64,000 nucleotides of DNA from Stylophora pistillata (lineage: Eukaryota). Shown here piece after piece: positions 60,111 to 64,000 of the stretch; positions within the stretch are counted from its first letter, which is position 1, and each line of letters starts with the position of its first letter. The translations under genes and the position numbers were made by a program. The notes under the pieces were generated by a model that made no database searches, was not told the origin of the DNA, and worked only from the letters and a program-made list of their open reading frames with translations. The DNA lies in assembly GCF_002571385.2 (NCBI RefSeq), contig NW_019218296.1, positions 38,176 to 102,175 on the forward strand. The letters run 5' to 3'.

Positions 60111-60377
60111 TGGGAACTCATGTTTGTCAGCCCACCAGGGTTTCAGTGGAGTTATGATAATAATAACTAACTTATGACCTCTTGTGTGTGGATTTAGCAA
60201 TGAGCTACATGTTGCAGTAGAAAATTAATTTTTGTTACCTTAAATGGAAATCGTAGATATTTGAGACCCTCCCCCTCGTCGCTTTATTCCTCTCGTGACG
60301 AAATGGTCGAATTCCTCCCACCAATGATTGCTTCATTACCACGTGATCTGGAATAACCGGACGATCTTGGAGCCAAG

Positions 60378-63300
60378 ATGGTGGACCGATTAGGTAAGTG
60401 AAGGAATTGCAACGTTTTTCGGTTATTTTTGGGACGGGATTTCTTGCACAAACGTCATAAGGTTCATGTACTTCCTTGAGTTGCGATATTCATGGATGAT
60501 GAGCATTTTCATAGTGTGAAATGCTTTCGATCGCCTTTATCTGAGAACTATTTTAAGTGTGAATGGCGGCCTGACAGCTATTAGTCATGCATATCATACT
60601 TACTTTATGTTACGTGGAAGTGTCTGAAAGCTTTCAGATGAGGTTGTTTCATGATACTGCTTTCCACTCTGCAAACAAGTTGATCGTGATAGAGAGGAAC
60701 CTTTAGATGGGGAATTATTTCTTAGGAGGTGTGCAGCGGGATTGGGAAAGAGTGTAAACCACGGTGTTAGACAAAATTAATGATTTACTTAATATTGAAG
60801 GAAGGACATATTATTTTCGTTATCTGAAGAGTCAAACTTGCATTTTCTTCATTTGAATGGTTTGCTTGAAGAAAGTTTTCATAATGTACCTTTCAAATTT
60901 TACCGATCGCTCAAAAGATCAAGGATACAGATCGTTATGTTATACCACCGACCTGTGGTTTTCACGTCATCGTGTTGTCTCTGCTTGATTGTGTGTGTGA
61001 TTTTGATTCATGATAATTTAAGCCAATACAGAGGCCAACGAGAGAAGAATAACAAATGTGGAAAGCTGTTTCGGCGCATCTGGGCAAGTAAGTCTGTAAA
61101 TCATGTCTTGATGACGTTTCGCTCAATGTGATTTGAATATTTATAGTCTGCCCTTTCTGATAATTTTGGTCTGACCTTACGTGCGTTTTAAAATAATAAG
61201 TTGCATTTGTAATCATATTATGACTTGATTCAAATAGAGTAGGCTAGGTCGGAAACTTTGAAGATTAATCCTAGCAATCGAACAGGCGAGAGTTCAGTTT
61301 GGCGATTTCTTATACAGTCATTTGAATATCAGAATTGGATGACCACAAAGGAGATTTTAGTCTCAATTATTGATCGCAATTGGCAAATTAGAATTAAAGA
61401 CCAAATCAGACACAAATTCCTATTACCAAATAGTAAAAGAAAAAAAAAAAAACCAAATTTAAGAAAGAAAATACCTACCAGGCAGTGGTATTCATTAATA
61501 GATGACTTTTTTCCGTGTTGCAATAAAAACGATGCGGACAAATGAAGTGAACTGTCTGGTTACAGAAGCGTGACCCATTAATTTTTGAAAGATGTTATTC
61601 AATGAAAGACACAGGCATACTCTAAGAAAAGAACTCTGAGTGCCCCTGATTGGTGTCGTACCAAAGACCAACCTTCTTGTAATACTCTGGGTCGTTTGCT
61701 ACTGAATAATAGGAGACTTGTGGCGGGCTAGGCCGTTTAAGAAGGTCCATGATGACAAACTTCCTGTTTACTACTAGACTAGGAATGTCAATATGTGATG
61801 CTTCTCTACAATGATTATGTAAATTATGATGGTAAGCTTGTTAACTCTTAAACACTCAGAAGTGATTAAAATGAAACTTTTCCCTATAATATCCGTACAT
61901 TATCCAGTAAACAGGTAATGAGAGTACGCAGACTTATCAGCTAGTTGTTGTCCTGATCTAACACTTAATTCTCCCAACTAATTTACAAGGAAATGTGCAG
62001 TAGCTTGAGGAGAGAATTAATTATCAGGTCTTGGTAGTTAAAGGGTTAATAGAAAGATATTATTTTGACAGTGGATGACACAGAGATACTCACAGAAAAA
62101 GAATTTGGAGTGCTCCTAGCATTTAATGTTTACATGTATTTCTAACAATTTTTTTGTAATTTTTATTCTGTAGCCATTGCTGGTCCATGGAAGAGTTCTA
62201 GTTGGTGAAGGTGTATTGACTAAACTGTGCCGAAAGAAGCCTAAACCACGTCAGTTTTTTCTGTTTAATGACATTCTTGTTTATGGAAATATTGTCATCA
62301 ACAAGAAGAAGGTAAGTTAGGTTTACCTTGAATTTTCAAAATGTTTAGAGCATAGCAATTTTTTTTTTGTCGCAAATGTGATTTAGACATTGAGCTGCAC
62401 CATTGAAAGGGTTATCAAAGTTAAAGTACAGTACCAATGCAAGCTTGTCATTATTGTATTTTGTGGTCCCTGAGCTAAACTAATTTTAATCATTTGGGTG
62501 ACCATTATTTATTAAGTGTCTATTCTAGTGTGAATGATAAGTTAAATTTGTGAGACATGAATCAATGACAGTTTGGATTTCGTTTCAGTACAATAAGCAG
62601 CATATAATCCCACTGGAAGATATCAAACTACAATCCTTGGATGATGAAGGAAGTGAGTACTGTGTCATTTGTCATAACCCATGATTTTAGAGATGTCAGT
62701 GGGTGTGAAACAGGGGTCTCGATAAAAGGCAGTTACCTGTGGTCTACCACCGCCTGTAGGACCTCTTACCGCCGTCTGTTTGGATTTCAGTAATGAAAAT
62801 AAAAAGTGATTTTAGTGGTCACAGCTGCCTATTAAACCTTCAGTGGCCACTTATAACTAATGTTGTTGAAACCCCTGGTGTGAAAAAATTGAAATGAACT
62901 GTTATTTTAATGGATGATGAAAACAAAAAGAGATGTTGCAATTGACTACTGATAATTTAAGGTAAAAACAAGCAAACTGTGTGAAGTGATTGGTGAAGAA
63001 GGTAATACAAGTTTTTGGCTCTAATCAAAACTCTAACAGAATTCCAAAATGTGATTGGTTATCACTAGCCTCAATTGAGCTCTATTAGGACAGTGTACTT
63101 GTTATGCTTGTAATTGGACATTGTCCATCATTGTCCATCATACCTGTGTTACTGGACTATGCACATCATGTGGATGAGCTGTTGTCGCGCATCTTGTCTG
63201 GTTAACCGTTGTAAGTTGTTTTGTTTTTCATGAACAAGTATTACTAATAGCTTGTTTTGTATGTCAAATTTTGTCGTAGCTTTGACTCATTGGTAGCAGG

Positions 63301-63642
63301 ACTTTATGGTGTCCAGTTCTGTCTGTAATCACAGTGATAAGAAACAAATCCAACATCTGATTTTGTTAATCACTTGACTGAATGATTACGGAGCAATTAG
63401 ACTCCATTCAGTTCTGTTACCATTACTAATCTCACAGCAAAATAAAACAAAACCAATGCAAACATGGATTACTTTTAATTCCCAACTGTTAATCGTTCAA
63501 TGGATTTGCCTTCTAGATTTAAAGAATGGTTGGCAAATCATTAGTGCAAAGAAGTCATTTGCAGTGTATGCTGCCACAAGGACTGAAAAAGCTGAATGGA
63601 TGGCACACATCAACAAGTGTATTGAGGACTTGGTGGCAAAAA
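60378..63642 (+). CDS. PLEKHF2: Pleckstrin homology and FYVE domain protein (Phafin-2), PH-domain exons; continues beyond the window
   Basis: Exons 60378-60393, 61023-61087, 62174-62311, 62589-62652, 63517-63642: MVDRLANTEANERRITNVESCFGASGQPL..GRVLVGEGVLTKLCRKKPKPRQFFLFNDILVYGNIVINKKKYNKQHIIPLE...KSFAVYAATRTEKAEWMAHINKC. Confidence 0.95.
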
Positions 63643-63707
63643 GTGAGAATGAGTGCTTTATCAATTGAATACTTTGTACAAATTTGATTGTGTAGTCTGT
63701 GCATCCT

Positions 63708-63998
63708 GTGGAGGTCCAGTGGCCTCATGGTTAGTGCCCTCGACTCCGGATCGAGTGGTCTGGGTTCGTGCCCCGACCGGGACATTGTGTTGCGTCCTTA
63801 GGCAAGACACTTTACTCTCACAGTGCCTCTCTTCACCCAGGTGTATAAATGGGTACCGGCAGTTTAATGCTGGGGGGTAACCCTACGACGGACTGGCATC
63901 CCAACTAGGGGGGAGTAGAAATACTCCTAGTCACTTCATGCTACAGAAACTGGAGTTAAGCACCGGCCTAATGGGCCACTAGGCTCGTAAACAGACTT
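63708..63998 (+). mobile_element. Near full-length tRNA-derived SINE with Deu/Nin-like core
   Basis: A box TGGCCTCATGG, B box GGTTCGTGCC, core CACCCAGGTGTATAAATGGGTACC; older copies at about 980-1380, 16860-17345 and 19300-19450. Confidence 0.75.
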
Positions 63999-64000
63999 TT

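Overview
Eukaryotic, AT-rich, intron-containing animal DNA. The repeat families and gene structures suggest a cnidarian, probably a stony coral (inference). Conserved genes, assembled by hand from splice sites and phases: ILVBL-like (minus, runs off the left edge, in-frame stop in exon 1), head-to-head with TYW2/TRMT12; ACAA2; MZT1 head-to-head with BORA; DNAJC5 (cysteine string protein) with an intronless LRRC74-like gene nested in intron 4; a VHL-like gene; and PLEKHF2 (runs off the right edge). Between BORA and DNAJC5 (about 27-44 kb) lies a repeat-rich accessory region. It holds an intronless 648-aa gene resembling bacterial YdhS-type FAD/NAD(P)-binding proteins (candidate horizontal transfer) and a decayed L2/CR1-type LINE with a 2A-like DVETNPGP motif. 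The LINE carries two small TSD-flanked insertions: a hairpin with minimal hammerhead ribozyme motifs (second copy at 37.9 kb) and a 2.13-unit tandem of a 274-bp tRNA-like element. Family assignments are from recalled motifs, not database searches. Assembly gaps lie at 13686-13696 and 49503-49661.
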